Shown piece after piece: positions 30,454 through 41,900 of a DNA stretch of 64,000 nucleotides. This DNA comes from an uncultured bacterium (GTDB lineage: Bacteria; Zixibacteria; MSB-5A5; CAIYYT01): the NCBI GenBank assembly GCA_963726455.1, contig CAVSCK010000003.1, positions 96,001-160,000 on the forward strand. The letters run 5' to 3'. The notes under the pieces are model-generated. The model worked only from the letters and a program-made list of their open reading frames with translations, was not told the origin of the DNA and made no database searches. Both the position numbers and the translations under genes were made by a program. Numbering within the stretch: the stretch's first letter is position 1; every line of letters starts with the position of its first letter.

Positions 30454-32061
30454 TTAATGAGTAAATCCGTCAATGCAATATTTTAACTGTCCGTCGATGT
30501 AAGTCGCCGTCACTTTTGTATCGAGCAGTTGCCGGGGATCAGACCGCATGATGTCGTGGTCGAGAATCACGAAGTCGGCTTTCTTTCCGACGACCAGATT
30601 TCCACGGCAATGGGCGTCACCGACCGCTTCGGCGCCGTTGATAGTAAATCCCTTCACGGCCTGTAAGGTCGACAGCGTCTCTCTGGGATTGAAGCCGGTT
30701 CTGGCGCCACGTGGACGGCCGGTTACGGCAGCATAAATTCCGTACAACGGATTGAGCGGTTCTATCGGAGCATCCGAGCCGAAACACATGGTCAGGCCCA
30801 GGTTGGCGAATGTCCGCATGCGATAGGAGTCTTTCTGGCGGGTTCCGAGATAACGCTTCATAAGGTCAATATCGGCAATCGCATGGCTGGGCTGCATGGA
30901 GGCGATAATGCTGAGCTTGGCGAATCGCTTGATGTCCTGCGGATGTACTATCTGGCAATGTTCGATACGATGACGAAACCGAGGCGACACGGGACGGCCG
31001 GCTGCCTCAATCGCGTCGAGAACGTTTCGATTCGCTCGGTCGCCGATGGCATGGATGGCACAAGAGATTCCAGCTTTGGTGGCTCTGGCAACGAGCGTTT
31101 TCAATTCATCGCGCGAGGTGGCCTCGATGCCGACGTTGTCTTTCGATCCCTTGAAGGGTTTGAACATCAGGGCTGTCTGTGAACCAAGGGCGCCGTCGGC
31201 GAACATCTTGACGCCGCCAATTTTGAGAAATTCTGATCCATAGCCGGTCTTGAGTTTCAGATGGATGGCATCATCGAGCCGCACCACGGGCAAGTAATAT
31301 GTGACCCGCACCGGAAGCTTTCCGGCGATATCAAGCGCCTGCAGCCCTTCAAATCCGTGAATGACATCAAACGAAGTGACGCCGACACATCCCTGTCGGA
31401 AGAGTTCCTCGAAGCCATCGGTCATGATTTTGTCGACCTCGCGACCGGACGGCGGCTGGTATAGATCCATTACGAGCTGATTAGCATTATCCCGCAAAAT
31501 GCCCGTGGGTTCTCCCGAGCTATCGCGAGCAATTTCACCACCGTCGGGATTAGGCGTGTCTTTGTCGATGCCGGCTAGCTTAAGTGCTTTCGAGTTTACC
31601 CAGAGGAGATGCTCATCCTTGGAAAAGATGGCCGTTGGCCTGTCCGCAGTGACGCGATCGAGGTCGGATTTGTGAGGCCAGCGAATCTTCGTCCATTGTT
31701 CCTTTTTCCAACCTTTACCTATCAGCCAGGATTTGCCTTTCTTCGGGAGTCTGGCTGTGTAATCCTTCACGATTTTCAGGGCATGCTCATAGGAACGAGC
31801 GCCGTCGAGATCGATGCGCCGGCGTGACAACGCCCAGAAGACCAGATGCGTGTGCGAATCGATGAATCCGGGGAGAATGATTTGACCATCGAGGTCGATC
31901 ATCTCGAAGCTGTCGGACGGAACAGACGAAAGTTCCGACGCCGAACCAAGCCAACTGATGCGGTCGCCGTCGACGATCATGGCGTCACAGACGGCAGGTC
32001 GATCGGCGATCGTATAGATTCTGCCGCCATAGAACAGTTTCTTGAGACTCTTCATTGCCAT
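30454..32061 (-). CDS. YtcJ-like metal-dependent amidohydrolase (Amidohydro_3)
   Basis: PGFIDSHTH, GEPTGIL, KMFADGALGSQTA, HAIGDRA, HRIEHCQ, SMQPSH, GSDAP, GKKADFVILD. Confidence 0.92.
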   Translation of the reverse strand: MAMKSLKKLFYGGRIYTIADRPAVCDAMIVDGDRISWLGSASELSSVPSDSFEMIDLDGQIILPGFIDSHTHLVFWALSRRRIDLDGARSYEHALKIVKDYTARLPKKGKSWLIGKGWKKEQWTKIRWPHKSDLDRVTADRPTAIFSKDEHLLWVNSKALKLAGIDKDTPNPDGGEIARDSSGEPTGILRDNANQLVMDLYQPPSGREVDKIMTDGFEELFRQGCVGVTSFDVIHGFEGLQALDIAGKLPVRVTYYLPVVRLDDAIHLKLKTGYGSEFLKIGGVKMFADGALGSQTALMFKPFKGSKDNVGIEATSRDELKTLVARATKAGISCAIHAIGDRANRNVLDAIEAAGRPVSPRFRHRIEHCQIVHPQDIKRFAKLSIIASMQPSHAIADIDLMKRYLGTRQKDSYRMRTFANLGLTMCFGSDAPIEPLNPLYGIYAAVTGRPRGARTGFNPRETLSTLQAVKGFTINGAEAVGDAHCRGNLVVGKKADFVILDHDIMRSDPRQLLDTKVTATYIDGQLKYCIDGFTH

Positions 32062-33917
32062 AGCGTTCTGTAATCTCCATCCCGTTTGGTTATATGCCGG
32101 CGATCAAGGTCTTCGAGCAGGGGCAAAATCACTTTGCGCGAGGTATCGGTGATGTCCCGTGCTTCTGCGACGGTGATTTTGCCGTGGGTCTTGATATGGT
32201 TGACAATTTCGGATGCGAAGTTTTCGAAGGTTGCTTTCAGGTAGATAGTTCCTCCCAGGTCGACGATTTCGCCGTTCTGCTTGAGATACGCAAAGATCTT
32301 GCGGGCTTCTTTGTCGCTTGCAAGAAGATCGTCGCGGTTGACCGATTGCCTGGGATTTTCGGTTAGCATGGCCAGCAAGCGCGCCATTGCCCGCTTCTGT
32401 GCGGAAGACAATTCTGCGGCATGTTGTTTCACCCTGATTCCGGCTTCGTGTCGTTCCAGCTTGCCGTCCGACAGCAACGCGTCCAGAACCTGATCAAACA
32501 AGACCTGTGGTATCTTCACGGCCTGGACGAGCGCAGCCAGCGACATCGAAGCAAGATGTGGGTTCAATTTATGGAATTCGTTGACTTCGGCAAGAATGCC
32601 GTCGCCCGACGAATTCCAGACTTTCGCAGAAATGAAAAAGCGATCGCGCTTGATAACAGAGCCAGACCGAATCATTTCACTAGTGGCTTCCGCGACTTGA
32701 GTTGGTGCAACGAGTGATTGTGCCAGCAGGTCGGATTCCGCAACGATTCCCTTGGCAATCAGTTGATACTCAATGAGGGCTTTCGGTGTCGTCGCCGCGG
32801 CGGATTGAAGCGATTTCCAGCGCTCAGTATCGGATCTCTTGAAGAGTTCGAGCACGGGATCGATGATGGTCCCACCGCCCAGGAGCAAGGACGGCGTCGG
32901 GAGGCGAAGGATAAATCGGTCGCCAGCTTTGACAATGACCGGTGCATCTAATCGCAGAACCACAATGTACTCGCCGTCTCTCGCGGTCAGCGGGTCATCG
33001 GGGAGAAACAATCGGCCCGCAATTTCGGAGGTGCCGTGCAAGAAGATGATGTCGCGATTATGTTTTATCAGATGTAATTGCCTGGGCTCGACCGTGAGCG
33101 ACACTCCGAGCGTGTCGGATTCCTGAAGTTGACGCGAGGTGTAGAAGAGGTCGCCTCGTTTCACAGCGCCACGTTCAAGGGCCTGGGTGCCCACAGCAAG
33201 GCGAACACCGGGCAACGCGCGGTCAAGATGCGAATAGAAACTTTCGAGATTCTTGACTTTAGTCTTCTGGCCGGAAGGATGGTGATACACCTCCTGACCC
33301 ACCGCGAAAGTGCCGTCGCGAAGTGTGCCGGTGACGACAGTACCGGTGCCGGCAATCGTGAAGACGCGGTCGGCATACAGACGCGCCGACTCACCCGGCA
33401 GATCGCGATGCACGGACTTCAACATTCGCTCGACTGAATCTCTCACTGCGTCGAGATTACGGTTGTCGAGCGCCGAGAACTCTATAATGTCGCAGCCGTC
33501 GAGGAAAGTATTCTGCGTCTTCTGGCGCAGGTCATTCTTGACCATGTCCTTCCAGTCAGGATCGACCATGTCAACTTTGGTCAGGACGATGATTCCGCGC
33601 TGCAGCCCCAGATAACGCAGGATGGCGAGATGTTCCTCCGATTGCGGCATCCAGCCATCATCAGCAGCCACGACGAACATGACCATATCAAGAGCACCAA
33701 CTCCGGAGATCATGTTCTTGATGAAGCGCTCGTGTCCGGGAACATCGACGATGCCGACTTCCTCACCGGTCGACAGCTTGAAAGAAGCAAAACCAAGTTC
33801 GATGGTCATTTCGCGTTCTTTTTCCTCGGGGAGACGATCGGGATCGGTGCCGGTGAGGGCTCTGACCAGGGAGGATTTGCCGTGATCGATGTGCCCGGCT
33901 GTGGCTATGGTATACAA
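32052..33917 (-). CDS. selB: Selenocysteine-specific elongation factor
   Basis: TAGHIDHGKS, DRLPEEKEREMTIELGF, DVPGHERF; C-terminal winged helices with SRK..LPLLE.LD....T.R.GD.R. Confidence 0.96.
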   Translation of the reverse strand: MYTIATAGHIDHGKSSLVRALTGTDPDRLPEEKEREMTIELGFASFKLSTGEEVGIVDVPGHERFIKNMISGVGALDMVMFVVAADDGWMPQSEEHLAILRYLGLQRGIIVLTKVDMVDPDWKDMVKNDLRQKTQNTFLDGCDIIEFSALDNRNLDAVRDSVERMLKSVHRDLPGESARLYADRVFTIAGTGTVVTGTLRDGTFAVGQEVYHHPSGQKTKVKNLESFYSHLDRALPGVRLAVGTQALERGAVKRGDLFYTSRQLQESDTLGVSLTVEPRQLHLIKHNRDIIFLHGTSEIAGRLFLPDDPLTARDGEYIVVLRLDAPVIVKAGDRFILRLPTPSLLLGGGTIIDPVLELFKRSDTERWKSLQSAAATTPKALIEYQLIAKGIVAESDLLAQSLVAPTQVAEATSEMIRSGSVIKRDRFFISAKVWNSSGDGILAEVNEFHKLNPHLASMSLAALVQAVKIPQVLFDQVLDALLSDGKLERHEAGIRVKQHAAELSSAQKRAMARLLAMLTENPRQSVNRDDLLASDKEARKIFAYLKQNGEIVDLGGTIYLKATFENFASEIVNHIKTHGKITVAEARDITDTSRKVILPLLEDLDRRHITKRDGDYRTLWQ

Positions 33918-35287
33918 GCGGCCGCCTCCGTGAGAATGCGGACGATCTGATCATCCTGGCTATCTGCAACGGTGCGCAGGTCGATGTGGAATTTGTCCTG
34001 GTCGATGTAACCGATTAGCGGCGGGATTGAATTAAGCATGCGTTCCGCAAACGCGCCGGCCTTTTCGTGTGGAGTAATAACGAGTGCGATTGAGTCAAGC
34101 GTACCGCCAGGCAGGGAACCGCCGCCGGGTGTTGCCTTGGAATCGCGAATTTTCACTTCTAAACGCGTTGCAGCCAAAGCGCTCTTGATCTTCTCGGCGC
34201 GTTGTCGTAATTCGGCGACAGGAGTTGTGATGGACTGCCACAACGGAAGTGATGTAGAATCCTGTTTCTTTAGATAGGCAAACGCGGTCTCCTCCAACAT
34301 CGCAATCGAGATTTTGTCGAGTCGAAGAACGCGATAGATCGGGTTCTTATGCAGCGAGTCGAGAAGCGCGGAACTTCCAAGGACAATGCCCGCCTGCACG
34401 CTGCCGAGTAATTTGTCGCCGGAGAAACAGGTGAGGGAAGCGCCGGAGCGAATTGCGGATGTGATATTCGGTTCCGTTTCCATGCCGAAGTTTTCTGTTT
34501 GATGATATGCGCCGGAACCGAGATCGTAGACTGAGATTAGCTTGTGTTTAGCGGCGATGGCAGCGATGTCAACAGGAGAGACTTCAGCGACAAATCCCTG
34601 CATCTTGAAATTCGAAAGATGGACTTTCAGAAGTACAGCCGTCTTGTCCGTTATGGCTTCCTCGTAGTCTTTTCCGGTAGTTTTGTTCGTGGTACCGACT
34701 TCGACCAACCTGGCCCCTGCCCTGCGGATGATGTCGGGAATGCGAAATCCACCACCGATCTGGACAGATTCACCGCGCGAGATTATGACTTCCTTGCGAT
34801 TGGCGAATGTGTTCAGGATATGGAATAATGCAGCAGCATTGTTGTTGACCGCCAGTGCCGCTTCGGCCTCAGTCATTTGCGCAAGTAAGTACGAAAGGAA
34901 TGAACCGCGCCGGCCACGTTTGCCGGTATTGAGGTCAAACTCCAGCGTGCAATAGCCGGTGATGCGATCTGCTACTTTGGCGAATAGCTCCGGACTAAGC
35001 GGAGCGCGGCCAAGATTCGTGTGAATTAGTACGCCGGTACCGTTGATGACCTGCGTGATGCGGCTGCGTGAGAGAAGATGCAGTCGCTCGACGATCAACC
35101 TATCGATCTTTTCCTGATTCGGCGCCCTTCCTGAGGATTGAGCGCCTTCGCGGACAGTCTGCAGAACTTCACGAATGACATTGGTCACCAGTACGCGCGA
35201 GAGCTCCTCAATCTGCCGGTCAAAACGACCGGAACTGAGAAGCTGCTCTACCGAGGGAATTGATCTGAATGAATCGGATGAAGTCAT
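33905..35287 (-). CDS. selA: L-seryl-tRNA(Sec) selenium transferase
   Basis: VINGTGVLIHTNLGRAP, VNNNAAA, SRGE.V.IGGGFRIPD, EVGTTN, DLGSG, FSGDKLLG, GGGSLP. Confidence 0.96.
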   Translation of the reverse strand: MTSSDSFRSIPSVEQLLSSGRFDRQIEELSRVLVTNVIREVLQTVREGAQSSGRAPNQEKIDRLIVERLHLLSRSRITQVINGTGVLIHTNLGRAPLSPELFAKVADRITGYCTLEFDLNTGKRGRRGSFLSYLLAQMTEAEAALAVNNNAAALFHILNTFANRKEVIISRGESVQIGGGFRIPDIIRRAGARLVEVGTTNKTTGKDYEEAITDKTAVLLKVHLSNFKMQGFVAEVSPVDIAAIAAKHKLISVYDLGSGAYHQTENFGMETEPNITSAIRSGASLTCFSGDKLLGSVQAGIVLGSSALLDSLHKNPIYRVLRLDKISIAMLEETAFAYLKKQDSTSLPLWQSITTPVAELRQRAEKIKSALAATRLEVKIRDSKATPGGGSLPGGTLDSIALVITPHEKAGAFAERMLNSIPPLIGYIDQDKFHIDLRTVADSQDDQIVRILTEAAACIP

Positions 35288-35300
35288 AATGTCTCAAATT

Positions 35301-35394
35301 TGGCGGAAGGGGTAGGAGTCGAACCCACCGCGGATGTCACCCACCCGCCAACGGATTTGAAGTCCGCGAGAGCCACCGGGCCCCATCCTCTTCC
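35301..35394 (-). tRNA. selC: tRNA-Sec (anticodon UCA)
   Basis: GGAAGAGG...CTTCAAA...GTTCGACTC...CCCCTTCCGCCA folds to an 8-bp acceptor (one A-C mismatch), 6-bp D stem with 4-nt loop, long variable arm, 5-bp T stem and encoded CCA. Confidence 0.96.
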
Positions 35395-35486
35395 GAATGC
35401 TGACACTTTCTTTTCGTTAACAAGACACTCACCGCAACCTGGACTGCGAAAGTGGATCGACTTATGCGCGGAAACTGATCCGATAT

Positions 35487-36203
35487 TTATATCGAGACAC
35501 CGCCAAGTTTGAACGGGTCGTCGACAGGAATCAGTTCTTTCTGGACAAAGCCCTCGGCATAACCGACGCGAATGCGAATTCCGAGGTCGCGGTCCTTGAC
35601 GCGCATGTATTCGAAAATATCCACGCCGGGAATAAATACCTTGTTGGCGCTGTCGTCAACGTTGAACTGCGAGCGATAGCACTTGACGGCCTCGATCTTG
35701 CGCTCAAACTGCGCCGTGATATCGACCGCAAAGGAGGGCTCAAACCCGCGATAATAAGAAGCATAAATGATCTTGCGCGGCCGGTGTGGTTCGCCCGACA
35801 GCTCCGCTTTTTTGAGGCCGGCGAAATAACAGGCGTCAAAACCAAGTTGCGAGCTGATACGGTGATCCGGGTGGCGTTGCTCCCAGTGAGGAATGATGAC
35901 AAGTTGAGGGTGATAATCGCGAATCTTCTGCGCCAGCAAAGAACGTGATGGAAGGTCATTTTGAAGGTGAGCATCCGGCAGATGCAGATTATCTCGGAGC
36001 GTTACTCCCAGGACCCGCGCCGCGGCTTCGGCCTCGGCAGCCCGCGTCTGCGCGTCGCCTTTGGTGCCCATTTCGCCCTCGGTGAGATCAAGCATGGCCA
36101 CTGAGTAACCGGTGTCGACCAGCTTTGCGATCAGGCCCCCGCAAGTGATTTCCGAATCGTCGCGATGTGCGGCAATCACCAGACAATCAACCGCCATTGG
36201 CAT
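35487..36203 (-). CDS. bshB1: GlcNAc-malate deacetylase (bacillithiol biosynthesis)
   Basis: PIG-L motifs AHRDDSE, DLTEGEMGT.G, RHPDH, VDIT...ERK..A..CY.SQF, YAEGF; next to bshA and bshC. Confidence 0.9.
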   Translation of the reverse strand: MPMAVDCLVIAAHRDDSEITCGGLIAKLVDTGYSVAMLDLTEGEMGTKGDAQTRAAEAEAAARVLGVTLRDNLHLPDAHLQNDLPSRSLLAQKIRDYHPQLVIIPHWEQRHPDHRISSQLGFDACYFAGLKKAELSGEPHRPRKIIYASYYRGFEPSFAVDITAQFERKIEAVKCYRSQFNVDDSANKVFIPGVDIFEYMRVKDRDLGIRIRVGYAEGFVQKELIPVDDPFKLGGVSI

Positions 36204-37329
36204 TTCCCTTCTGAGCTATTATGGACAAGTAGAAATCTTCATATTGTTTTACGAGCCGATCCGCGCCGAATCTGTTGACGGCAGTATCACGCGCGGCGAT
36301 TTTCATTTGAGAAAGTTTGGCTTCATCCGAGAGCAATTCAGCGGCCGCCTTCCCCATCGAACCGGTGTCTCCTACCTCAAACAGGTAACCGTCGTGACCA
36401 TGGGTTATCACTTCCGGCAGTCCTCCCGTACGGCTGGCAATTACCGGCACAGCGCAGGACATGGCCTCCAACGCCGCCAGACCGAAGGACTCAGTTTCGG
36501 ACGGCAGCAGGAACAAGTCTGCGGCGGGAAGAATCGATTCCACCGAATCCTGACTGCCGAGGAAAATGACGTCGTCGTCAATGCCATGTTTCCGGGCGAT
36601 GTACTCGGCGAGCGGCAAATCGGGACCGTCACCGATCAGAACCAACTTGGATTTGACCTGCTCATGTATCAAGCGGAACACTTCCACGACATCAGCAATA
36701 CGTTTGACAGGGCGAAAATTCGACAAGTGCATGACAATCTTGTGATCGTCTTGAGTAAAGGGCGTTCGGGTACAACGGTCGGAACTAGGCCTGAATACTT
36801 CAGTGTTGACGAAATTGTGAATCACCTCAATTGGCTTATCGATGCCGAAAACCTCGACGGTTTGCTTGCGAATGGCATCCGAAACTGCCGTCAGGCCGTC
36901 CGATTCAGCCAGCGAGAACTTGGTGATTTCAAAAAATGATCGTTCCGTACCGACCAGAGTAACGTCGGTGCCATGCAGTGTAGTGATGACTTTGATGCGG
37001 CAATCTTTGGCAATCTGTTTTGCCAGAAAAGCTGCCGGAGCATGAGGGATGGCATAATGGACGTGTAACAGATCGAGCTTCCAGCGGCAGACAACGTCCG
37101 CCATCTTTGCAGCCAAGGACAGCGTATAAGGCGGATACTTGAAAAGCGGATAACTGGAAATCTCAACCTCGTGGAAGAATACGTTTTCGCGGAATCGATC
37201 CAGGCGATATGGAAGTGCGTACGAAATAAAGTGCACCTGGTGTCCGCGCGCAGCGAGCGCCATGCCCAATTCGGTGGCAACAATGCCGGAGCCACCAATG
37301 ACAGGGTAACAGGTAATTCCGATTCTCAT
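36187..37329 (-). CDS. bshA: GlcNAc-malate synthase (GT4)
   Basis: [60 protein letters not shown]. Confidence 0.95.
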   Translation of the reverse strand: MRIGITCYPVIGGSGIVATELGMALAARGHQVHFISYALPYRLDRFRENVFFHEVEISSYPLFKYPPYTLSLAAKMADVVCRWKLDLLHVHYAIPHAPAAFLAKQIAKDCRIKVITTLHGTDVTLVGTERSFFEITKFSLAESDGLTAVSDAIRKQTVEVFGIDKPIEVIHNFVNTEVFRPSSDRCTRTPFTQDDHKIVMHLSNFRPVKRIADVVEVFRLIHEQVKSKLVLIGDGPDLPLAEYIARKHGIDDDVIFLGSQDSVESILPAADLFLLPSETESFGLAALEAMSCAVPVIASRTGGLPEVITHGHDGYLFEVGDTGSMGKAAAELLSDEAKLSQMKIAARDTAVNRFGADRLVKQYEDFYLSIIAQKGNANGG

Positions 37330-38963
37330 TCGGCGCCGCCTTCCGGTTGATCCAGGTAGATCAAATGATGTACGTCAGTCTTGCAGTCAATTGAATCATA
37401 AAGTCGATCAACGATCCACATGCCGTACTTCGCAAGATAGTAGTTGAGAGGGAAGACACGCTCCTGTAATTGGCGTGTCGGATATAGATGAAAAGCCACG
37501 CGCTCCAACTGGCCGCGGATGGTCTGGTTCTTTTTGCGGTGTGCCTGAAATACTTTATCCTCCAAGGATTTGATTTCGATGTCGATGCGGCCGTTTACGC
37601 GTTTGAAATTCGTAAGCAGCCCCTGATCAGTCTGATCGAGTGAGCTTCCAATTGTATCCATGTGCTTCTTGACGCCTTCACGCAGATCGGCAAACAGGCG
37701 GTCGAAATCGCCGGTGAAAGTGCGTCTCATTACCTCGTTCACAAGATTGCCGGCATCGCCCAGAAAATCCTCAAAGCCGAAAGCATATTTATCCATCAGT
37801 CGAGAAATGTTACGTTCAATTATCGTCGCCGAATAGCGCGGATAGATGACCGGAGGAATTTCGTCAAACAGGCCAAAAAGCTCGCGCATCTGGGCAAAGT
37901 ACGCGGCTTCCGCGGGTCCGGCGAAATAGATCAGAGTCGGAAATATGTGACTCTGCACCACCGGACGCAGGAAGACGTTGGGCGCGAACAGAGATGGCGA
38001 CCGTTCGACGTCGTCAAGTAATGCCTGTTGACTAAGGTATTTTCCCTCAACGGAAAACCCACCGTTGGCATAGTCGATATGTGTACGCTTGCCGTCGCAA
38101 AAGAACAGGTTGGAATATCCAGACGGTTTGGCGACCTGCAAGTGATAGCTGCTTGCTTCCAGTGATGAATTTGCTCTGCCGATGGCGCGCTCGGATTCTT
38201 CGCGCAGCTGCAACTCCTTTCTGAATACAGGCAGAGATAGACGCCGCAGTTCGTCGTCACTCGGATCGACCAGAATCAGGCCTTTGTCTTTGAACAGGTG
38301 GCACATGTACTTGCCGAAGGCCGCAACAATAAATTCACCGGGGCGATAGAATTCGCGTAGATGCGCCATCAGTTCTCCACGAAACTCGGTCTCGGGAAGT
38401 GCCTGTTCGTATTCGGCGAGGAGTTGCAGGACGCCGTCGTCCAGCACGACCGATCCCATCGGCTGGCCGTCATGCGGATTGCGTGGGCGATAGGTAAGTT
38501 TAGCCAGTTTTTCGTCGCGGCCGGGAACAACAACAGTCGCAACCTCGGCGAAATCGGCATCGTCAGCGGCGAGCCAGAATATGGGGACTACCGGAGTTTG
38601 CAGTTTGCGACAATTGCTTTCGGCAAGTTTGACCGCCAGAGCGGCTTTATAGAAGACGTATAGCGGTCCGCCGAAGATCGTCACCTGCTGACCAGTGAAA
38701 ACGGCGGTGGCCCGCGGATCGAGGAGTTTCTGAATGTTCTCAAAGGTCTTAGCGCTCGCGCCATACTGTTGGTTTTGGCGCGTGAGAACAGCGACGATCT
38801 TGTCGCGATCAAACGAACGTCGGCTCAGCTTCTGCTGAACCGACGCGAATGATTCCTGATTTGTGAAAGGAAACGGATAGAAGTCGTCCGCCTGCCCCGA
38901 CAGATAGTCCAGGAGTAACTTCTTGCTACCTGGAACCCTGTCAAACGGTATTGTTTTCTGCAA
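37326..38963 (-). CDS. bshC: Bacillithiol cysteine-adding enzyme
   Basis: TGQQ...FGGPLY..YKA, VPIFWLA..D.DF.EV, PNV.LRP..Q..IFP...Y.AGPAE.AY, LQER. Confidence 0.92.
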   Translation of the reverse strand: MQKTIPFDRVPGSKKLLLDYLSGQADDFYPFPFTNQESFASVQQKLSRRSFDRDKIVAVLTRQNQQYGASAKTFENIQKLLDPRATAVFTGQQVTIFGGPLYVFYKAALAVKLAESNCRKLQTPVVPIFWLAADDADFAEVATVVVPGRDEKLAKLTYRPRNPHDGQPMGSVVLDDGVLQLLAEYEQALPETEFRGELMAHLREFYRPGEFIVAAFGKYMCHLFKDKGLILVDPSDDELRRLSLPVFRKELQLREESERAIGRANSSLEASSYHLQVAKPSGYSNLFFCDGKRTHIDYANGGFSVEGKYLSQQALLDDVERSPSLFAPNVFLRPVVQSHIFPTLIYFAGPAEAAYFAQMRELFGLFDEIPPVIYPRYSATIIERNISRLMDKYAFGFEDFLGDAGNLVNEVMRRTFTGDFDRLFADLREGVKKHMDTIGSSLDQTDQGLLTNFKRVNGRIDIEIKSLEDKVFQAHRKKNQTIRGQLERVAFHLYPTRQLQERVFPLNYYLAKYGMWIVDRLYDSIDCKTDVHHLIYLDQPEGGAE

Positions 38964-41900
38964 CGGCCTTCCTATTCTTGCCGAATATCTTCTTCACGAC
39001 ATCGTCCAGCAAGGTATATACGACTGGTACGACCAGCAAAGTCAGCGCGGTTGAAGTCGTCAAACCGCCGATGACGGCGCGGGCGATACCGGCGCGTAAT
39101 TCGGCGCCGGGACCAAGGCCGAGTGCCAACGGCAACATACCGAAGATCATCGCGAACGTCGTCATCAAGATTGGCCGGAGACGAATTGATCCCGCGCGCA
39201 CCAGAGCATCCATACGGCTGCTGCCGCGCCTCATATCCTGTTTGGCGAAATCGACCAACAGAATTGCGTTCTTGGTCACCAGACCCATCAACATCACGAT
39301 ACCGATCATCGACATGATTGAGAGCGAACTGCGGAATATCAACAGGCCGAGGAATGCTCCCACCAGAGACATCGGCAACGACAACATGATGGCGAACGGA
39401 TCGGTGAAACTCTCGAACTGCGAAGCCAGCACAAGGTAGATCAAGATGATCGAGAGCAGCAGTGCCTGCAAGATATATCCAAACGACTCGGCCTGCATTT
39501 CGGCCTCGCCGGACGCATAGATTCGATATCCCGGAGGCGTCGGAATCTTCACGGCTTTCGCAAAAGCGTCGGCGCGCACATCACCGGCAAATCTTCCGGC
39601 ATTGTTGGCCGTAACTTTCACGGTCTGTTGGCGATCATACCGATCAATTTCAGACACGGCACTCGCATCCACGATCGAAGCCACGTAACTCAGCGGGACC
39701 TGGTTGCCATGTGCGCCATTGATCTCTTTCGAGGACGGAACGAGAATCCGCGACAAGTCGGACAAGTTCTTTCTGTCTGACTCCTGCAAACGGACTCTTA
39801 CGTCGGCCTCGTGCTCACCTTCGCGATACTTAATGGGCACTACCCCGTAGACAAGGTAGCGCACGGCCATGGAGGTTTGGGCGACATTGAGACCAAGGTC
39901 AGCAATTCTTTCCCGGTCGAGATTCAACCTGAGTTCGGGCTTGCCCTCACCCAGTGAATTGTCGACCTCCACGGCTCCCTTGGTAGCACGGACAGAATCT
40001 TCGACAAGCGCCGCGATGGCTCTCAGCTTGTCCGGGTTTTCGCCCGAGATCGAGATTTCAACCGGCATGCCACCGCCACCACCCTGCGACTGTTCTCCTG
40101 TGAAGGCAATCTTCAGGCCGGCGTACGAAGCCACTTCCGAACGGATCTGAGTCATCAACTGATTCGCGGTTAGCTTACGTTCTGCCAGATCAATCATCCT
40201 GACGTGCATATAGCCCCAATTATTAGGATCACTGCCGGAGCCGATGGCCGTGAATATTGAGGACACTTCCTTATGTGAGGCGGCGATATCTTCGATACCC
40301 TTGCTCAACCGCGCGGTTTCCTCAAGTGTAGTTCCCGGTGAGGCCTTGAAATTGATGAAGAATTCACCGCGGTCGTAGTCGGGGAGGAATTCGGTTCCAA
40401 TCAGACTAACTAACGGGAAACTACCGATGAAAATGAGCACTGCGACAACCATGACCAGCAACCGATGGTTGAGAGCATAATGAATGGTCTTCTGATAAAG
40501 GACGTTCAGGCGATCAAACAAATCATTCCATAAGTTGGTTACCTTGTAGATCGGATTCCTGGTGCCTTTGTGGTGAGCATGTTCTTCCTTTAAAAAACGC
40601 GATGACAGCATCGGTGTGAGTGTGAACGCCACGAACAGAGAGACTAACACAGCGGCGGCAACAGTCATACCAAAGGAGAAGAAGAACTTTCCGACGATGC
40701 CCTTCATGAAGGCAACCGGAACGAAAACGACGACGATTGTAAAGGTGGTCGCCATCACGGCCAGGGCAATCTCGGAGGTACCATCATAGGCCGCAACATT
40801 ACGAGCTTTGCCTAAGCCGAAGTTGCGGAAGATATTCTCGATCACCACAATGGCGTCATCGATCAGCAAACCTACAGCCAGCGACAGTCCCAACAGAGTC
40901 ATGAAATTGAGCGTGAAGCCCAGGAAACGCATGAAGATGAAGGTAGCAATGATTGATGTTGGAATCGCCAGAGCGGATATAATAGTCGGCCTGATGTCGG
41001 CCAAAAACAGGAAGATGACCAGCACTGCCAGAATACTACCATAAATGATATTGACCATGACATCGTGAACGGCGTCGACCGTGAACACGGAGTTGTCGGC
41101 GGCAATAATAATCTTCACGCCGGGAGGCAAGACCTTCCCAACATCATTGACCACGGCCTTGACTGCATTGGCGACATCCACCGTGTTCGCACCAGATTGC
41201 TTGACGATATTGAGTGCAACCGCCCGCTGGCCGTTCAGTCGGGAAAATGACTCGAGATCTTTGGTCGAGTCTCTGACTGTAGCAATGTCCTGCAGGCGGA
41301 CATTCTTTCCATTTTCGTTCTTAACGATCAGGTTGCGGATATCGTCGAGCGAAGTAATTTTACCCATCGTTCTGACGGTGAAGTCGCGACCCTGACTCTT
41401 GAGGGTGCCGCCCGGAAGCTCCAGACTTGCAGACGCCAGAAGGTTCTGAATATCGAAGATGGAAAGATTGAGAGCTTCGAGACTCGTCTGGTTAAGTTCG
41501 ACCTGAATTTCCCGTTCATCACCACCCACCAGTTCAACGTTTCCGACACCCTGAATGGACTCCAGCCGCTTCTTAACGGTTTCCTTGGCAATGATCGTCA
41601 ACTCGCGCGTAGACTTGTCCCCGGCGATTGCCAGCGACAGGATCGGAGTCGACTGAGGATCGAACTTCTGGATTACGAGATCTTGAATGCCCTCGGGCAG
41701 ATCCTGTTGGACGCCGGCAACTTTTTCTCGCACGTCCTGAGCAGCGAAGTCTTCATTAACTTCGAGGTTGAATTCGATGAAGGTGGTAGCGTACCCCTCC
41801 AGACACTGTGACGTAATATGCCGCACGCCGCTGATGGTACTGACGGCATCTTCTACCTTGGTGACGACCTCGGTTTCCATGTTCTCCGGGGAGGCGCCGG

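Noticed and set aside
32100-32160. SelB SRKV instead of SRKY in the SECIS-binding helix
   Set aside because: This position varies among SelB proteins (from recall, E. coli has a non-Tyr residue), so it is not evidence of altered specificity.
35300-35512. 70-aa ORF MAEGVGVEPT...
   Set aside because: Typical antisense translation of a tRNA gene (selC).
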